DNA of 63,127 nt, the filler included, from Octopus bimaculoides (lineage: Eukaryota), in the NCBI RefSeq assembly GCF_001194135.2. It is 6 parts of 6 records of this genome, joined end to end, with 100 filler letters (N's around TTAATTAATTAA, not from the genome) between each part and the next. Parts side by side here need not be neighbours in the genome. Positions count along the whole stretch, not along the records: positions 53,564 to 63,127 come from NC_068986.1; 5 more parts are not named here. One strand, given 5' to 3'. The notes beneath the pieces are model-generated. The model saw only the letters and a list, made by a program, of their open reading frames with translations. It searched no databases and had not been told where the DNA came from. Below are positions 63,078 through 63,127 of the stretch, in pieces (position 1 is the first letter of the stretch; each line of letters begins with the position of its first letter). The position numbers and the translations under genes are program-made.

Positions 63078-63127
<50 letters not shown>

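Overview
AT-rich, microsatellite- and retroelement-dense eukaryotic DNA. The SINE/LINE repertoire suggests a coleoid cephalopod, probably Octopus (inference). The window is not one contiguous locus: five identical 100-bp spacers (44 N + TTAATTAATTAA + 44 N) join six separate scaffold pieces. Recognisable host coding sequence is limited to three consecutive PTP-domain exons of an IA-2/PTPRN2-type receptor phosphatase (28486-33582, +) and the terminal exon of a GH56 hyaluronidase (35275-35718, +) on the next scaffold piece. The rest is mostly decayed mobile DNA: Penelope-like elements, an RTE LINE, R4/Dong and HERO RLE-LINEs, a Gypsy LTR element, a Tc1/mariner fragment and several tRNA-derived SINE families. 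The most interesting signals are (1) four minimal type I hammerhead ribozyme motifs, including an intact sense-strand one in the PTPRN2 intron and two embedded in a tRNA-Arg-headed SINE, and (2) an RTE LINE with a twin-priming-type 5' inversion bounded by an 8-bp target-site duplication. All structures were read by eye; none has been tested computationally or experimentally.
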